In this document: one piece after another, positions 21,038 through 31,964 of the stretch | Layout of the letters: each line of letters begins with the position of its first letter | Numbering within the stretch: the first letter of the stretch is position 1 | Source: Nitrosopumilaceae archaeon | Lineage (GTDB): Archaea; Thermoproteota; Nitrososphaeria; Nitrososphaerales; Nitrosopumilaceae | Assembly: GCA_965214835.1 (NCBI GenBank) | Contig: CBDCCK010000002.1 | Coordinates: 256,001 to 320,000, forward strand | Length of the DNA stretch: 64,000 bases | Direction of reading: 5' to 3' | Notes under the pieces: model-generated | Told to the model about the DNA's origin: nothing | Database searches by the model: none | Seen by the model: the letters and a program-made list of their open reading frames with translations, nothing else | Position numbers and translations under genes: made by a program

Positions 21038-21925
21038 ATGGAGGTCCTAGTTACCGGTGCCTCGGGCTTTATCGGTTCTAGGCTTGTCGGCAGGCTAGCC
21101 GAGAGGGGACATTTGGTGACGGCGCTTGTAAACAAAAACGACGTCTCGGCTCCTAAAATAAAGACGGTAAGGGGGGACATAACGGACAGATCGCTGGCAT
21201 TTGACGGTGACTTTGATGTCGCATATCACTTGGCTGCAGTCACGCCCCTTGAAAGGAACAAAAAAATTCAGCGGCAGGTAAACTTTGAGGGCACGGCAAA
21301 CCTGTTTGACAAAATCAAGGACAGATCCAAGCACGTCGTCTATGTGTCAGGCCTGGGGGTCTTTGGGCACTCTGATCAGGTCATTGACGAGTCAACGGAG
21401 AAGAACCCGGATACGGAGTTTGCAAGGATACGGCTGGCCGCAGAGAGGCACATGGAGAAAAAGTGCAGGGAGGCCTCCATCGGCTTTACCACCGCATATC
21501 TTGGGGAGGTGTATGGAAACGGAGGATGGTTTACAGCACAGCTCATGGACAGGATGAAAAACGGCAGGTTCAAGATGCCCAAGGCCGGGGATTATTTTAG
21601 AAGTTTTGTACACGTGGAGGATGCCGTAAATGCGCTTGTGGCAATCGGGGAGAAGCGGCGGTACGATGAGAGTTTTATCGTGACAGACTCGCATCCAGCA
21701 CTGTTCAGGGACTTTGCTAATTTTGTCGCAGACAAGATGGGGATAAAACGTCTGGGAAGCGTTCCGGTATTTCTGGCCAAGGGGATGCTGGGAGGGGATG
21801 CGGTGAGACTGTTGACGACTCCAACCAGAGCATCAAACAAGAAGATCGCCGAGTTGGTTGAGATAAAGTTTCCAAGCTACAAGGAAGGCCTAGCTCAAGT
21901 CTTGGCAGATGCAGATCAGATGTAG
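21038..21925 (+). CDS. NAD-dependent epimerase/dehydratase family protein
   Basis: VTGASGFIG, HLAA, FVHVEDA. Confidence 0.88.
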   Translation: MEVLVTGASGFIGSRLVGRLAERGHLVTALVNKNDVSAPKIKTVRGDITDRSLAFDGDFDVAYHLAAVTPLERNKKIQRQVNFEGTANLFDKIKDRSKHVVYVSGLGVFGHSDQVIDESTEKNPDTEFARIRLAAERHMEKKCREASIGFTTAYLGEVYGNGGWFTAQLMDRMKNGRFKMPKAGDYFRSFVHVEDAVNALVAIGEKRRYDESFIVTDSHPALFRDFANFVADKMGIKRLGSVPVFLAKGMLGGDAVRLLTTPTRASNKKIAELVEIKFPSYKEGLAQVLADADQM

Positions 21926-22302
21926 ACCTTTTTAGAGTTCATCTTATATTCAAGCCTGTCAATTGCATCAATTAGCGCAGAAATGTTGTACTCTAGAAAG
22001 ATGGAAACGTGGTATAGTGCGCCGTACCTTCCTCCGATTTTACAGACCAAGTTGTTTTTTTCCATGACCCTGAGATGATGCTGGATTGCCTTATAGTCAA
22101 AACCCAGTTCTTGTGCAAGCTGGTGCGTGTTATATGGCCTATCCAACAGCATCATGGTGATCCGAAGCCGTGTAAAGCCGCCCCTGGTTCCGGTAAACAC
22201 GTAGACCAGCAGCTTTCTGGATTGTCGATCAGCTTTATGGCTTGAGGCTTCGGTGGCCTTTTGGATCTGCTCTTTGAACTCCAACAGCTGTGCCGTGCTC
22301 AT
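21916..22302 (-). CDS. ArsR-type winged-helix protein
   Basis: GTRGGFTRLRI, QLAQELGFDYKAIQHHLRVM, RYGALY. Confidence 0.85.
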   Translation of the reverse strand: MSTAQLLEFKEQIQKATEASSHKADRQSRKLLVYVFTGTRGGFTRLRITMMLLDRPYNTHQLAQELGFDYKAIQHHLRVMEKNNLVCKIGGRYGALYHVSIFLEYNISALIDAIDRLEYKMNSKKVYI

Positions 22303-22460
22303 GCGTACTCTAACTGTATGTATGGGATTTGGCTTAAAACCATATTTCCAATTCGTGTCCAAATTCAGCCCAGATATCCGCGCCCAGCCCAGGCAGGGCC
22401 CCGCCGGGCCATCAAGACATCCATTGACGTGTCGTTGCCAGGCATCAGCCGTTCCGGTGG

Positions 22461-24314
22461 CTAGCTTGCATCGGCGGCCAGCTCCAACAGCCTGTCCCTG
22501 ACCGCATCACCGCGCTGCCTTATCACGCGCTCTCGCATCTGGAGCAGGTGCGGAAGCAGCCTGTCGCCCCTTTGCTTGAGCACAGACATCATGTCGTACG
22601 GGCTGGGCACGTCGTCGGGCCGTTCCCGGTAATTCTTCTGGCTGATCCTTCCGATAAGATCCTCAGGCCACGTCTTCCGTCTGTCAGAATCAAAGCTGGA
22701 CATAAAGACATCATAGGCTGACTGTGCAATGCCGATGAACTCCTGTGGGAACGGGTCGCCCTTCTTGAGAGCCCGGAATCTTTCTATCATGTTGTCTTTG
22801 ATCGATTCTCTCCTAGAGCCATCAATGCCGGCCATGGACTCGTAGATAAACCTCATGATAAAGTATTTGATGGCATCCTTGCTCATTATACACTTGTCTC
22901 GGGATGTCTTCTCAGACTGGACGTCCTTTAATTCGCCACACCACTTGCGGTGTAGTCCGTCTAGCATCTGCATGAAGATGTACGGTACGACCAGATCCCT
23001 GATGTTCCTGTCCTTGAACACCCTCTCGTAGTGATCCGAGTAGCCGGCTGTGGAAAACAGTACCTTGTCTGGCACCATGGCATCGGCCGGATTTATCGCG
23101 TATGCGTAATACGCCCGTGCCGTGGAGCCCTTATCCATGACGCGTCTGTGGGTCACTCTGGCCCGTACCGACCTTGCTGCGGCACCAAATCCATTTGTCT
23201 TCCGTTCAAAGTAAAACTCTGGAAAGTCCCTGCGGCACTGCAGCACCATCTCGGCCATCTCCGGATAGCTCGTCGCCAGATCCGCCGGCCTGATCGGATT
23301 CTGCGCATTTGTGGCGCCTCTGATCAGGTTGCCCTCCTCGCCGTCTGCCGTCTCGTGTATTATCAGCAGCAAAAACACGTCATCGATGGGATGGGTGGAT
23401 TTTTCCAGTGTGTATATGGTCTGCCTGCCGTTTACGATCTTAAAGTTCTCAACGTTGTATGCCGAATTGCCTGCGGGCTCAAGGCCAGTGCATATGGCCG
23501 TAACCCCGTTGTTCAGCCTCCAGAACCTTTGCCTCTCGTCATCGTCACGGAGCGTGTCGAGAATAACCCTGTGTGTCGGGGCAGTATCCCCGATGGCCTG
23601 TCTAGGACTCGCAAGGAACAGCAATCCCCTGTGATCCCTTGCCATATTTACTAGCAAGTCGGCACGAACGTGTCCGAGAACGGATTTTTTTCCAGTCTCC
23701 GTGTCTTTTCGCTCTATGACCTTGCCGTCAAACTCTATCCTCAGGCCGGGTGTGCACGGAGCCGTCACGTGCGAAAGAATGTCGTCCAAGTCCAGTATCT
23801 CCAGCCGTACGTCGGGATCAGGAAGCCTCTCCTTCCTCCATTCGGGATCATTGATCAAGTCATTTGCCTGATCGCCTAGCCGTCCTGCCACTGCAAGGAT
23901 CATCCGTTTTTTGACATGCGGGTATTTCTCTTCCATCCGGACAAATTCTGCAGACTTTTGCATGAATGTCATGTTTGCGTGATCCGGGCAGTCTCTCAGG
24001 TGGCCTAGCGTGCTTGCAAATGACTCTACCTCCTCCCTGTCGACATGGTAATCAAGGGTCTCGCTGAATTTTACTTGAATCCAGCATACATGCTGCTCGG
24101 CGTCGTCCCCCATGTCGTCTGCATGAAAGACATTGATCCCACAGTCGTCCTTGCCGCCGATCGATACTGCCTCGTCGATCTTTTCCTCGTTTGTAATGTC
24201 AAGAATCTCCTCGCATATCCACCGCGAGAATGCCTCGTGCTTTGAGGTTCCCAACTGCGTGCAAATCTGATTAATCTGCTCGCTGAACAGGGCCTTGCCG
24301 GTCTCAAGGGTCAT
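22461..24314 (-). CDS. AIPR-family protein (abortive-infection/RM-associated)
   Basis: D.GI..F...IQVKF N-terminus; FWRLNNGVT, IVNGRQT, TNAQNPIRPADL. Confidence 0.8.
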   Translation of the reverse strand: MTLETGKALFSEQINQICTQLGTSKHEAFSRWICEEILDITNEEKIDEAVSIGGKDDCGINVFHADDMGDDAEQHVCWIQVKFSETLDYHVDREEVESFASTLGHLRDCPDHANMTFMQKSAEFVRMEEKYPHVKKRMILAVAGRLGDQANDLINDPEWRKERLPDPDVRLEILDLDDILSHVTAPCTPGLRIEFDGKVIERKDTETGKKSVLGHVRADLLVNMARDHRGLLFLASPRQAIGDTAPTHRVILDTLRDDDERQRFWRLNNGVTAICTGLEPAGNSAYNVENFKIVNGRQTIYTLEKSTHPIDDVFLLLIIHETADGEEGNLIRGATNAQNPIRPADLATSYPEMAEMVLQCRRDFPEFYFERKTNGFGAAARSVRARVTHRRVMDKGSTARAYYAYAINPADAMVPDKVLFSTAGYSDHYERVFKDRNIRDLVVPYIFMQMLDGLHRKWCGELKDVQSEKTSRDKCIMSKDAIKYFIMRFIYESMAGIDGSRRESIKDNMIERFRALKKGDPFPQEFIGIAQSAYDVFMSSFDSDRRKTWPEDLIGRISQKNYRERPDDVPSPYDMMSVLKQRGDRLLPHLLQMRERVIRQRGDAVRDRLLELAADAS

Positions 24315-24494
24315 TTCACACTGGATTGTTTCTTATTTTTATTAACCTTTTCAGGCTGCCAAGAACTGTCCGGTTTTTCCCACAGGCCTGCCTGCACCGA
24401 TACGGGCAATTTCAGGCCGGCGGTACGGGACATTTTTGGACATTCGGCTCCCCACAATTACCCTTAAATTGACTGGCGAGGGACTCGAAATGAA

Positions 24495-25223
24495 ATGATG
24501 GGTTCGCGCGGATACGACATGACGCCTACAATGTATTCCCCGGACGGCAGAATATACCAGGTCGAATATGCCATAGAGACCGTGAAAAGGGGAACCTTGG
24601 CCGTAGGCGTAAGAAGCAAGGAGGGGGTAATTGTTGCCGTCGAGGAAAAGCCGCGCGCACTGCAAACATCAAAAATAACCCAGAAGATCTTCCAAGTAGA
24701 CTATCATATCGGGGTGGCAGCTGCCGGGTATATCCCAGATGCCAGAGTCCAGGTGGACAATGCAAGGACGTTTTCTGCAGGAAACCGCCTCAACTATGAC
24801 GAGTCCGTGGAGGTCGAGACCGTTGCAAAGTATCTGGCAGACCAGTGCCACCAATTCACGCAGTACTCGGGGGTCAGGCCGTACGGAGTGGCGCTGATAA
24901 TCGCAGGCGTCGACCAGAAGGGCCAGGCACTCTATGTTACCGACCCAAGCGGCACGTTTGTCCCGTACTCTGCAGTCGCAATCGGGGCGGGCTCAGACGA
25001 GGCAACTGACTTTTTAGAGAAATCATACTCGGCGGACATGAGTCTGGATGATGCAGCAGCACTTGCGATTGCGTCAATCAACCTAAAGGCCGAAAACAGG
25101 CAGGATACCAGACACATCAAAATGGCAAAGGTCTCTACTGAAAGGAAGGTTTTGGAGAGAATTTCAGATGAAGAACTATCCAAATACTCTGACCTGGCAG
25201 CTCAAAGGTTCAAGCACGAATAG
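24495..25223 (+). CDS. psmA: 20S proteasome alpha subunit
   Basis: GYD..TMYSPDGRIYQVEYA, RPYGVALI, TDPSG. Confidence 0.97.
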   Translation: MMGSRGYDMTPTMYSPDGRIYQVEYAIETVKRGTLAVGVRSKEGVIVAVEEKPRALQTSKITQKIFQVDYHIGVAAAGYIPDARVQVDNARTFSAGNRLNYDESVEVETVAKYLADQCHQFTQYSGVRPYGVALIIAGVDQKGQALYVTDPSGTFVPYSAVAIGAGSDEATDFLEKSYSADMSLDDAAALAIASINLKAENRQDTRHIKMAKVSTERKVLERISDEELSKYSDLAAQRFKHE

Positions 25224-25259
25224 TTCCCTTCAAAAAACAGGGGTTCTTGGTGGCTAGTC

Positions 25260-25952
25260 TTGGGATTGGGCGGCAGCTACTGGAGCGAGGTAATCGGGGT
25301 CCTAAGGGAGATCATTCCGGTATATGACAGGGTTAACTCGTACATCTCGCTGGGCAAGGACGGGGGGCACAGGTCCAGGGGGATTTCAGGCAGGGTTCTG
25401 CCCGGAGACAGGGTGCTTGATGCAGGCTCGGGCTTTGGGAACATGTCCAAGACGGCCCTTGGCCTGTGCGATGATGACCTGTCAGTCACGCTCTATGATC
25501 CGCTGGTTCCCATGCTAAAAAACACCGGCATGTTTTTTGAAAAGACCCCGGACATGGCAAGCGGCGTCTTTGAGCACATTCCGTTCAGGGACGGAGGGTT
25601 TGACGCGGTACTTTGCGGGTATTCGCTAAGGGATGCGATCAGCCTCAAGGTTGCAATCTCGGAGATTCACCGGGTGCTAAAGATGGGTGGAAGGCTTGTC
25701 ATTGTAGACCTAGGCAAGCCCGATGCGCCGCTCATTCGTGCAGGCGTGGCCGTATACCTGCGGGTGTTTTTGCCAGTCATTGCACTGGTGGCAGGGGGCA
25801 GACTGGGACTAAAGTTCGGTACGCTCTATGGGACATTCAGGCGGTGGCCACAGAACAGGAAACTCGAGGAGATGCTGTCAGAGAGGTTCTCCAGGGTAGT
25901 GTTTGAGAAGGATCTTATGGGCGGGGCAATAATGGTTGCAGCATACAAATGA
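25260..25952 (+). CDS. class I SAM-dependent methyltransferase (UbiE/MenG-like)
   Basis: YDRVN, VLDAGSGFG, EIHRVLKMGG. Confidence 0.85.
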   Translation: MGLGGSYWSEVIGVLREIIPVYDRVNSYISLGKDGGHRSRGISGRVLPGDRVLDAGSGFGNMSKTALGLCDDDLSVTLYDPLVPMLKNTGMFFEKTPDMASGVFEHIPFRDGGFDAVLCGYSLRDAISLKVAISEIHRVLKMGGRLVIVDLGKPDAPLIRAGVAVYLRVFLPVIALVAGGRLGLKFGTLYGTFRRWPQNRKLEEMLSERFSRVVFEKDLMGGAIMVAAYK

Positions 25953-27109
25953 AGCCGGTACTCGTGCTGGTTTTTGTCACAGGCCTGATCATAGGGGTAT
26001 CCTACGGCATGCACGGTCCGATGCTGCCGGTATTTGCAAAAAACGACATCGGCGCGTCATACTCTGAGCTGGGCCTCATAGGGCTGGCAAACTTTGTTCC
26101 CTACATGTTCATTCCGTTGTTTGTAGGAATCCTGCTGGTCAGATTCAACAACTCGTACCTGCTTGCGCTCGGGGCAGTCATCAACTCGGTCTCAGTATAC
26201 CTGCTGTCGATTGCACAGTCGGTTCCCGAGATCATGGGATACAGAATAATGACAGGCGTCGCCCATGCGTTTTTCTGGCCGCCGTGCGAGTCCATAATCT
26301 CAAACGCAAGTACAGAAAAAGACAGGGTCAGAAACATTTCGCTGTTTGCGATGTTTTTTGTAATCGGCTTTATGGCAGGGCCGTTGCTGGGAAATGTCCT
26401 GGTGGAGGGCATGGACGTTGCACACAGGGTGCTGTTCCAGATAACTGCGGTAGTTCTGGCCGCCGCGATAATCACATCGCTAATGTCTGCAAGGGCCAGA
26501 GTTGCAAGAAGGCATGCCGGCTTTTCGCTCGGCTCCCTGAGACAGTTTGTCAGATTTCCGACCACAATCATGATGCTGGTCTACTGCACGGCGTCATTTG
26601 GGATGGTTCTGTCGATATTTCCGGCATTCCTGAATGATAATGCAATGTCAGATGCGGACATTCTTTTCCTGTACTTTGTCTTTGGAATCTCCCGGGTTGC
26701 AACACTGGCCGCCGGAGGCAGGCTGGCAAGGCACACGGCGGCCACCCTGATTTCTGCGTCGTTTTCAATAGCCGCCGGGCTGCTGGTTGCATACGTGGCA
26801 GGATCCATCGCGGAGTTTGCCGTATCGCTGCTGCTCATGGGGTTCGGACTGGGCATATTCTTTCCGCTTACGCTGGAGATAATCCTGACTAGGACAAGGA
26901 GGGAGATCTCCGGTGCGATAATTGGGGCGTACGAGACGGTCTTTGGAATAGGCTGGGCGATAGGGCCGATAACTGCAGGATACATATCCCAGTTTCAGGG
27001 AAACGACTCGCCGTACATCGTATTTTCCATAATCGGGATCGGCGTGGGCGTGGTATCCATCATCAAGAGAAGGTCGCTGCATACGCACAGGATGCAGGCA
27101 AAGGAATGA
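25949..27109 (+). CDS. MFS transporter
   Basis: About 12 hydrophobic segments with MFS topology. Confidence 0.85.
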   Translation: MKPVLVLVFVTGLIIGVSYGMHGPMLPVFAKNDIGASYSELGLIGLANFVPYMFIPLFVGILLVRFNNSYLLALGAVINSVSVYLLSIAQSVPEIMGYRIMTGVAHAFFWPPCESIISNASTEKDRVRNISLFAMFFVIGFMAGPLLGNVLVEGMDVAHRVLFQITAVVLAAAIITSLMSARARVARRHAGFSLGSLRQFVRFPTTIMMLVYCTASFGMVLSIFPAFLNDNAMSDADILFLYFVFGISRVATLAAGGRLARHTAATLISASFSIAAGLLVAYVAGSIAEFAVSLLLMGFGLGIFFPLTLEIILTRTRREISGAIIGAYETVFGIGWAIGPITAGYISQFQGNDSPYIVFSIIGIGVGVVSIIKRRSLHTHRMQAKE

Positions 27110-27150
27110 TGCACATCAGATATTAACAGACAGAGCCAGTGTGAGGCATA

Positions 27151-27861
27151 ATGCAAGGCAGGCAGCCGCTGAGAATAACAGAACTGCAGCAGATCTGCAG
27201 GGTGATTGGAAGGATAAAGGAGAGCTGCATAGAGGAGCTTCCGCACTCTGGACACCAGTCACTATACTTTAGCAACGACGAGATCACGACTGGGATCCTG
27301 AACAACAAAATGGAAATCAAGATCCACCTGACTACTGGAAGGCTACTGTTTTTTGATGACGAGGTGGGCCATTATGTCGATGTCTTAAGCGACAGTATCT
27401 CGGATTCAATAAAAGGCATCCTGCAAAAAACGGGCATCGACGTCGAGGTCGGGTCGCTGGAGAACCCCCGGCGGGAGGATCTGGACATGTACAGGTTTTT
27501 TGCAGCACATGCCAAAAAGGTCTTGGAGATTGTTCGGATGGGCCTGCAAGGCAGGTTTACGCAGGTTCACCTGTGGCCGCACCACTTTGATTTCTCAGTG
27601 GAATGGTTTACAGGAGGCCCAGACGGACAGATCGGGATAGGAATATCCCCGGGGGATCAAAGGTATCCGATGCCCTACCTGTACGTCAGTCCGTGGCCGT
27701 TTAATGAGAAAATCCTAGGGCGGAGGCTGCCCATCGGGGCATGGCACACGGACGGATGGAGCGGCATCAAGGTAGAGTGGTCCGAGATTGCCCAACACCA
27801 CCCAGAGGAGGCCGCAGGACGCATAGTAGATCTGCTGCGCATAGCGCAAATGAACTTTTGA
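27151..27861 (+). CDS. conserved hypothetical protein (DUF5996-like)
   Basis: VHLWPHHFD, GISPGD..YPMPYLYVSPWP. Confidence 0.65.
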   Translation: MQGRQPLRITELQQICRVIGRIKESCIEELPHSGHQSLYFSNDEITTGILNNKMEIKIHLTTGRLLFFDDEVGHYVDVLSDSISDSIKGILQKTGIDVEVGSLENPRREDLDMYRFFAAHAKKVLEIVRMGLQGRFTQVHLWPHHFDFSVEWFTGGPDGQIGIGISPGDQRYPMPYLYVSPWPFNEKILGRRLPIGAWHTDGWSGIKVEWSEIAQHHPEEAAGRIVDLLRIAQMNF

Positions 27862-27902
27862 GCCTCCAAATCTTAATTTAGAAAGACAGGCAACAGCACC
27901 AC

Positions 27903-28241
27903 ATGGATCCGTCCCTGAATATAGGTGGAAGCGAGTGGATCATCATAATCTTTGCCGCCCTTGTGCTGATCCTGGGCACGAACAGGCTTCCCGATGCCGC
28001 CAAAAAGCTCGGACGGGCCTCTGCAGAATACAAGAGGGCAAAAAGCGAGGTCAGTACGCAGATCAGCGAGGCGGCCAGTCAGAATGTAAACATAACGGGC
28101 CCCGTGGAAAACGAGAGGCAGAAATTTGAAATGATTGCAAAGTCGCTTGGAATTGATCCTGCCGGAATGAGCACGGACGAGCTGAGAAAGGTGATCAGCG
28201 ACAAGATTGGGCAGAAGGGCATCGACGGGGAGCCTACCTAG
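27903..28241 (+). CDS. tatA: TatA/E-family translocase subunit
   Basis: GGSEWIII..LILG..RLPDAAKKLGRASAEYKRA. Confidence 0.85.
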   Translation: MDPSLNIGGSEWIIIIFAALVLILGTNRLPDAAKKLGRASAEYKRAKSEVSTQISEAASQNVNITGPVENERQKFEMIAKSLGIDPAGMSTDELRKVISDKIGQKGIDGEPT

Positions 28242-29046
28242 TTTTTATGCGGTAAAGATTCTCGTCTAGGCGCCTTTTTGCAAACCTGAAATACTCTGGG
28301 ACTATCTCAAATCCGACATAGCGGCGCTGGTTCATCTTGCTTACCACGGCAACCTGGCCGGATCCCAGGAATGGATCCATCACGACATCGTTTTTTTTGC
28401 TAGAGTATTCCAGTATTTTTTTAATCAGCTCGGAGGGAAGCTTGGTGGGCGTTTTTTCATCCCCGATCCAGTACTCACGCTTTATGTTCCAGACGTCTTC
28501 TTTGTCCTGATAATGCAGGGAGTGTCCATTGGAGTCCCTGTCGGACTGCTTGAAGCGTGAAAACGGGTAAAACCTCCTCTTGTCGTTATTTTTGCACACG
28601 TACAGGCAGTGATAGTGGGAGGTGACGAACTTCTTCTTTGTTACCACGCCGAACTGATACTTCCATATCAGGTGGTTTACTGTGTGGAATCCCGTCTCAT
28701 CTAGTACAGTAAGGATATCCCTGAGGTTGTTCCATCCCGAAAAGACATACATGCTTCCAGAGTCCTTTAAAACCCTGAATGACTCGCCCATCCACTTGCG
28801 CGTAAAATCGTAATAGTCCTCGGGTCTTATCTCGCCGTATCCCCCCATTACGCGCGAGCCCGTTCTGTTGTAGTTTCCACGCGCAGCCTTGAAGCCTATT
28901 GCAAAGGGAGGATCAGTGATGATCAGGTCGATTTTATTCTTGGGGATATTTTGCATTCCGGTGATGCAGTCGGCGTTGTAAATTTCATCAAATGCGGCAG
29001 ATGTCAAGTTGAAGGTGGATGACACGAGCCTGCTTAATAATGTCAT
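28234..29046 (-). CDS. site-specific N4/N6 DNA methyltransferase (beta class); start uncertain
   Basis: ITDPPF catalytic motif, PTKLP, MDPFLGSG. Confidence 0.9.
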   Translation of the reverse strand: MTLLSRLVSSTFNLTSAAFDEIYNADCITGMQNIPKNKIDLIITDPPFAIGFKAARGNYNRTGSRVMGGYGEIRPEDYYDFTRKWMGESFRVLKDSGSMYVFSGWNNLRDILTVLDETGFHTVNHLIWKYQFGVVTKKKFVTSHYHCLYVCKNNDKRRFYPFSRFKQSDRDSNGHSLHYQDKEDVWNIKREYWIGDEKTPTKLPSELIKKILEYSSKKNDVVMDPFLGSGQVAVVSKMNQRRYVGFEIVPEYFRFAKRRLDENLYRIKTR

Positions 29047-29098
29047 GCCTTGTGAAAAAGACGGAGTGGGTATCCAGTCCGGCTTGCAGGATGTGTTC

Positions 29099-29293
29099 CT
29101 ACCTGTATTCGATCCTGCTTTTTATCCTGCTGACCCGCGTGGGTTCTTCCTTGAGGTGCTTTGCAAGTATCTTTTCATGCTCCTTCTTGTGCTTCCGGTA
29201 CGCATTCAAAACCGCCTGCCTGGTTTTGGCCTTTTTTAGTGCAGCCTCGAGCCTCTTGTGGGATGCAGATACTTGTGAGGTACGGCTTTCCAT
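29099..29293 (-). CDS. small basic hypothetical protein
   Basis: Lys-rich helical ORF upstream of the methylase. Confidence 0.5.
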   Translation of the reverse strand: MESRTSQVSASHKRLEAALKKAKTRQAVLNAYRKHKKEHEKILAKHLKEEPTRVSRIKSRIEYR

Positions 29294-29453
29294 ATTCAGC
29301 AGGAACATCGAGGATGGATAACTTGGGTGTACAATAGTCGACACCGGTCATACTATCGTTGACCATTTGCCCACAGGCCCGAACCGGTGTACAGGCATGA
29401 TGGAAGGCATGGATCTCCCAAACAATAAATCACCGAGGTGATCCAAGCGATCA

Positions 29454-31964
29454 TTGAAGTATCCCTGTCCCAAGTGCAAGCAAAGACTGGAGTTTCAAAA
29501 GACGTTTAACAAAAAGACGGCAGTCTCCTGCGCCTCATGTGGCATCGAGGCAGTGATGGGATTTTCCAAGAATCCAGACGAGGCATACCTTGACTTTCTG
29601 ACAATGCATGACAACGGTGAGATTTCGGAGGCGAAAAGCTCCCACGACGGCCTTCAGGCCCAGGGACTGGTCAGGGGGGAGGCGGAGATCAGGGAGATGA
29701 TAGGCAGGAACGCGCCCGATGAGATTACAAAGTCGGCGTTATTCTCAAGGCGCGACTATATCTCGCACTATACGGTAATCAGAAATCCCGAGCCCGAGAT
29801 GGGCGCAGAGACTGGCGAGGTCATCATGCAGGAGGAGCTGTCAAGGCATCTGAGGGAAAACGGGATCTTGAGGCTTTACAAGTTCCAGGAGGATGCGATT
29901 CAGGAAATCATGTATGGCCAGAACATAGTAATCGAGGCGCCTACGGCCTCGGGAAAAACCGAGGCCTTTATGATTCCGGCAATACAGAAAATAAAATCAG
30001 GCGACATATCCGGATGCGTCTTTGCGGTGTTTGTATATCCCACAAAGGCGCTGGCCAGGGATCAGTATCCAAAGATCTCAAAGCTTGCAGAAAAGATCGG
30101 AGTCGGCGTGGCAGTGTATGACGGGGATACGGATCAGGCCAAGAAAAGTGAGGTTTTGTCCAGTCCTCCACAGATCATAGTTACAAACTTTGACGTGCTT
30201 CACTACCACATGTGGCATCAGACTAAGTTTGCCTCGCTGCTAAGGACGGTAAGGTTCATGGTAATAGACGAGGTGCACGTCTACTCTGGAATATTTGGAT
30301 CAAACGTACACTATATCATAAAACGACTCAAGCGGCTGTGCGGGAGGATTCAGTTTGTCTGCGCCTCGGCTACAGTGGAGAATGCCGAGAGGTTCTGCGA
30401 AGACCTGCTTGGGGAGAAAATGAGGCTCATCAGGGGTGCCGGAAGGAGGGGGCAAACGGACTTTGTCATGATCTTTCCGTCGCTTAGGACCCAGAGGGCA
30501 CTGATGGTGGATCTTGCAAGAAAGCTGACGGCAAAAAGGCACAAGACCATGATCTTTAGCAACTCGCACCTGAACTCGGAGCTGCTTGCAATGCAGGCAA
30601 GGCGGCAGGGGATCAACATCAGGGTCCACCGGGCGGGGCTGATGGCCAACTACAGGAACTACGTGGAAAGGGAGTTCAAGGAAGACAGGCTTGATGCCAT
30701 CTCCTGCACCCCCACGCTTGAGCTGGGCATAGACGTGGGCAACGTGGACGGGGTGATCTCGTCTACCGTCCCGGTAAACAGGCTATTTCAGAGAATAGGC
30801 CGCGCAGCCAGGAAGGGCCAGAAGGGCTATGCGTTTTTGGCACTAGGAAACGACCCAATATCACAGTACTACAAGAACCACCCGCAGGACTATTTTGACG
30901 ACGTGGAAAAGTCATACATTGATCCGAAGAATCCGTTTGTCGAGGAGTTCCAAACGCTGGCAATGGCGTGCGACAGGCCGATATCAAGGCACGAGCTCAA
31001 GGAGCACTCAGAGGTGGTTTCAAGGCACATACGGGAGGGCAGCCTAAAGGAGCTTGAAGGTCGGTACGTTCCAAATCTTGACATAATCGGCCCCATGCTG
31101 GCAGAATACAGCATAAGGGGGATCGGAAAATCAATCGACATCTTTCTTGACTCAAAAAAGGTAGGAGACAGGATCCTGCCAATAGCTCTGGAGGAGCTGC
31201 ACAAGGACGCAGTATACTTTCTGGGCGGGATCAGGTACAGGGTCCGGGAGCTGCAGTATCCGGAGAAAAACCTTGCAAGGCTGGAAAGGATCCCCAGGGA
31301 CTATCCGTATTATACAAAGGCACTTACCAAGGAATGGCCGACAATAGACGAGATCTATGAGAAAAGGGATGCGCTGGGAACCGAGGTCGCATTTTGCAGG
31401 CTGCACATTAAAAAACAGGTTCACGGATACGTCAACATAGAGCTGGGACAGCAGGTCGCACAGGGGGAAAAGGCATCGCTGGACGAACCGCTGGAGTACG
31501 ACTTTGTTACAAAGGGAATCGTGTTTCATGCGCCCAGGCCATCAGATGCCATTGCCATGGCAGACGACGAGGACTATGTGGAGGCAAGCGGATACCATGC
31601 AGCAGAGCACGTGATAATTGAGGGAAGCAACATGATTACCGGCGGGGTCTCCCAGGATCTGGGAGGCATATCACTGGGCACGTCAGGCCTGATTTTCGTC
31701 TACGACGGGGCGATAGGGGGCAGCGGCGCAAGCAGGGCGCTGTATGACAGGTTCGAGAGGGCAGCGGAGCGCAGCCTGTCCATCGTAAGGGAGTGCCCGT
31801 GCAAGAGCGAGTCGGGATGTCCGAGGTGTACGTTCTCGTACAGGTGCGGGAACAACAATGAGTTTCTGCACAAGCACTCGTCAATGGAGGTATTTCAAAG
31901 GATGATGGACGGAGAGAGAACCGTAATCGTGGAACCTGCCAAGGGGGACAGACCGCTGGTATGA
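29454..31964 (+). CDS. DEAD/DEAH helicase with C-terminal Zn domain (Hrq1/MrfA, DUF1998 type)
   Basis: APTASGKT, YPTKALARDQ, DEVH, LELGIDVG, C-terminal CPC..GCPRC. Confidence 0.9.
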   Translation: MKYPCPKCKQRLEFQKTFNKKTAVSCASCGIEAVMGFSKNPDEAYLDFLTMHDNGEISEAKSSHDGLQAQGLVRGEAEIREMIGRNAPDEITKSALFSRRDYISHYTVIRNPEPEMGAETGEVIMQEELSRHLRENGILRLYKFQEDAIQEIMYGQNIVIEAPTASGKTEAFMIPAIQKIKSGDISGCVFAVFVYPTKALARDQYPKISKLAEKIGVGVAVYDGDTDQAKKSEVLSSPPQIIVTNFDVLHYHMWHQTKFASLLRTVRFMVIDEVHVYSGIFGSNVHYIIKRLKRLCGRIQFVCASATVENAERFCEDLLGEKMRLIRGAGRRGQTDFVMIFPSLRTQRALMVDLARKLTAKRHKTMIFSNSHLNSELLAMQARRQGINIRVHRAGLMANYRNYVEREFKEDRLDAISCTPTLELGIDVGNVDGVISSTVPVNRLFQRIGRAARKGQKGYAFLALGNDPISQYYKNHPQDYFDDVEKSYIDPKNPFVEEFQTLAMACDRPISRHELKEHSEVVSRHIREGSLKELEGRYVPNLDIIGPMLAEYSIRGIGKSIDIFLDSKKVGDRILPIALEELHKDAVYFLGGIRYRVRELQYPEKNLARLERIPRDYPYYTKALTKEWPTIDEIYEKRDALGTEVAFCRLHIKKQVHGYVNIELGQQVAQGEKASLDEPLEYDFVTKGIVFHAPRPSDAIAMADDEDYVEASGYHAAEHVIIEGSNMITGGVSQDLGGISLGTSGLIFVYDGAIGGSGASRALYDRFERAAERSLSIVRECPCKSESGCPRCTFSYRCGNNNEFLHKHSSMEVFQRMMDGERTVIVEPAKGDRPLV

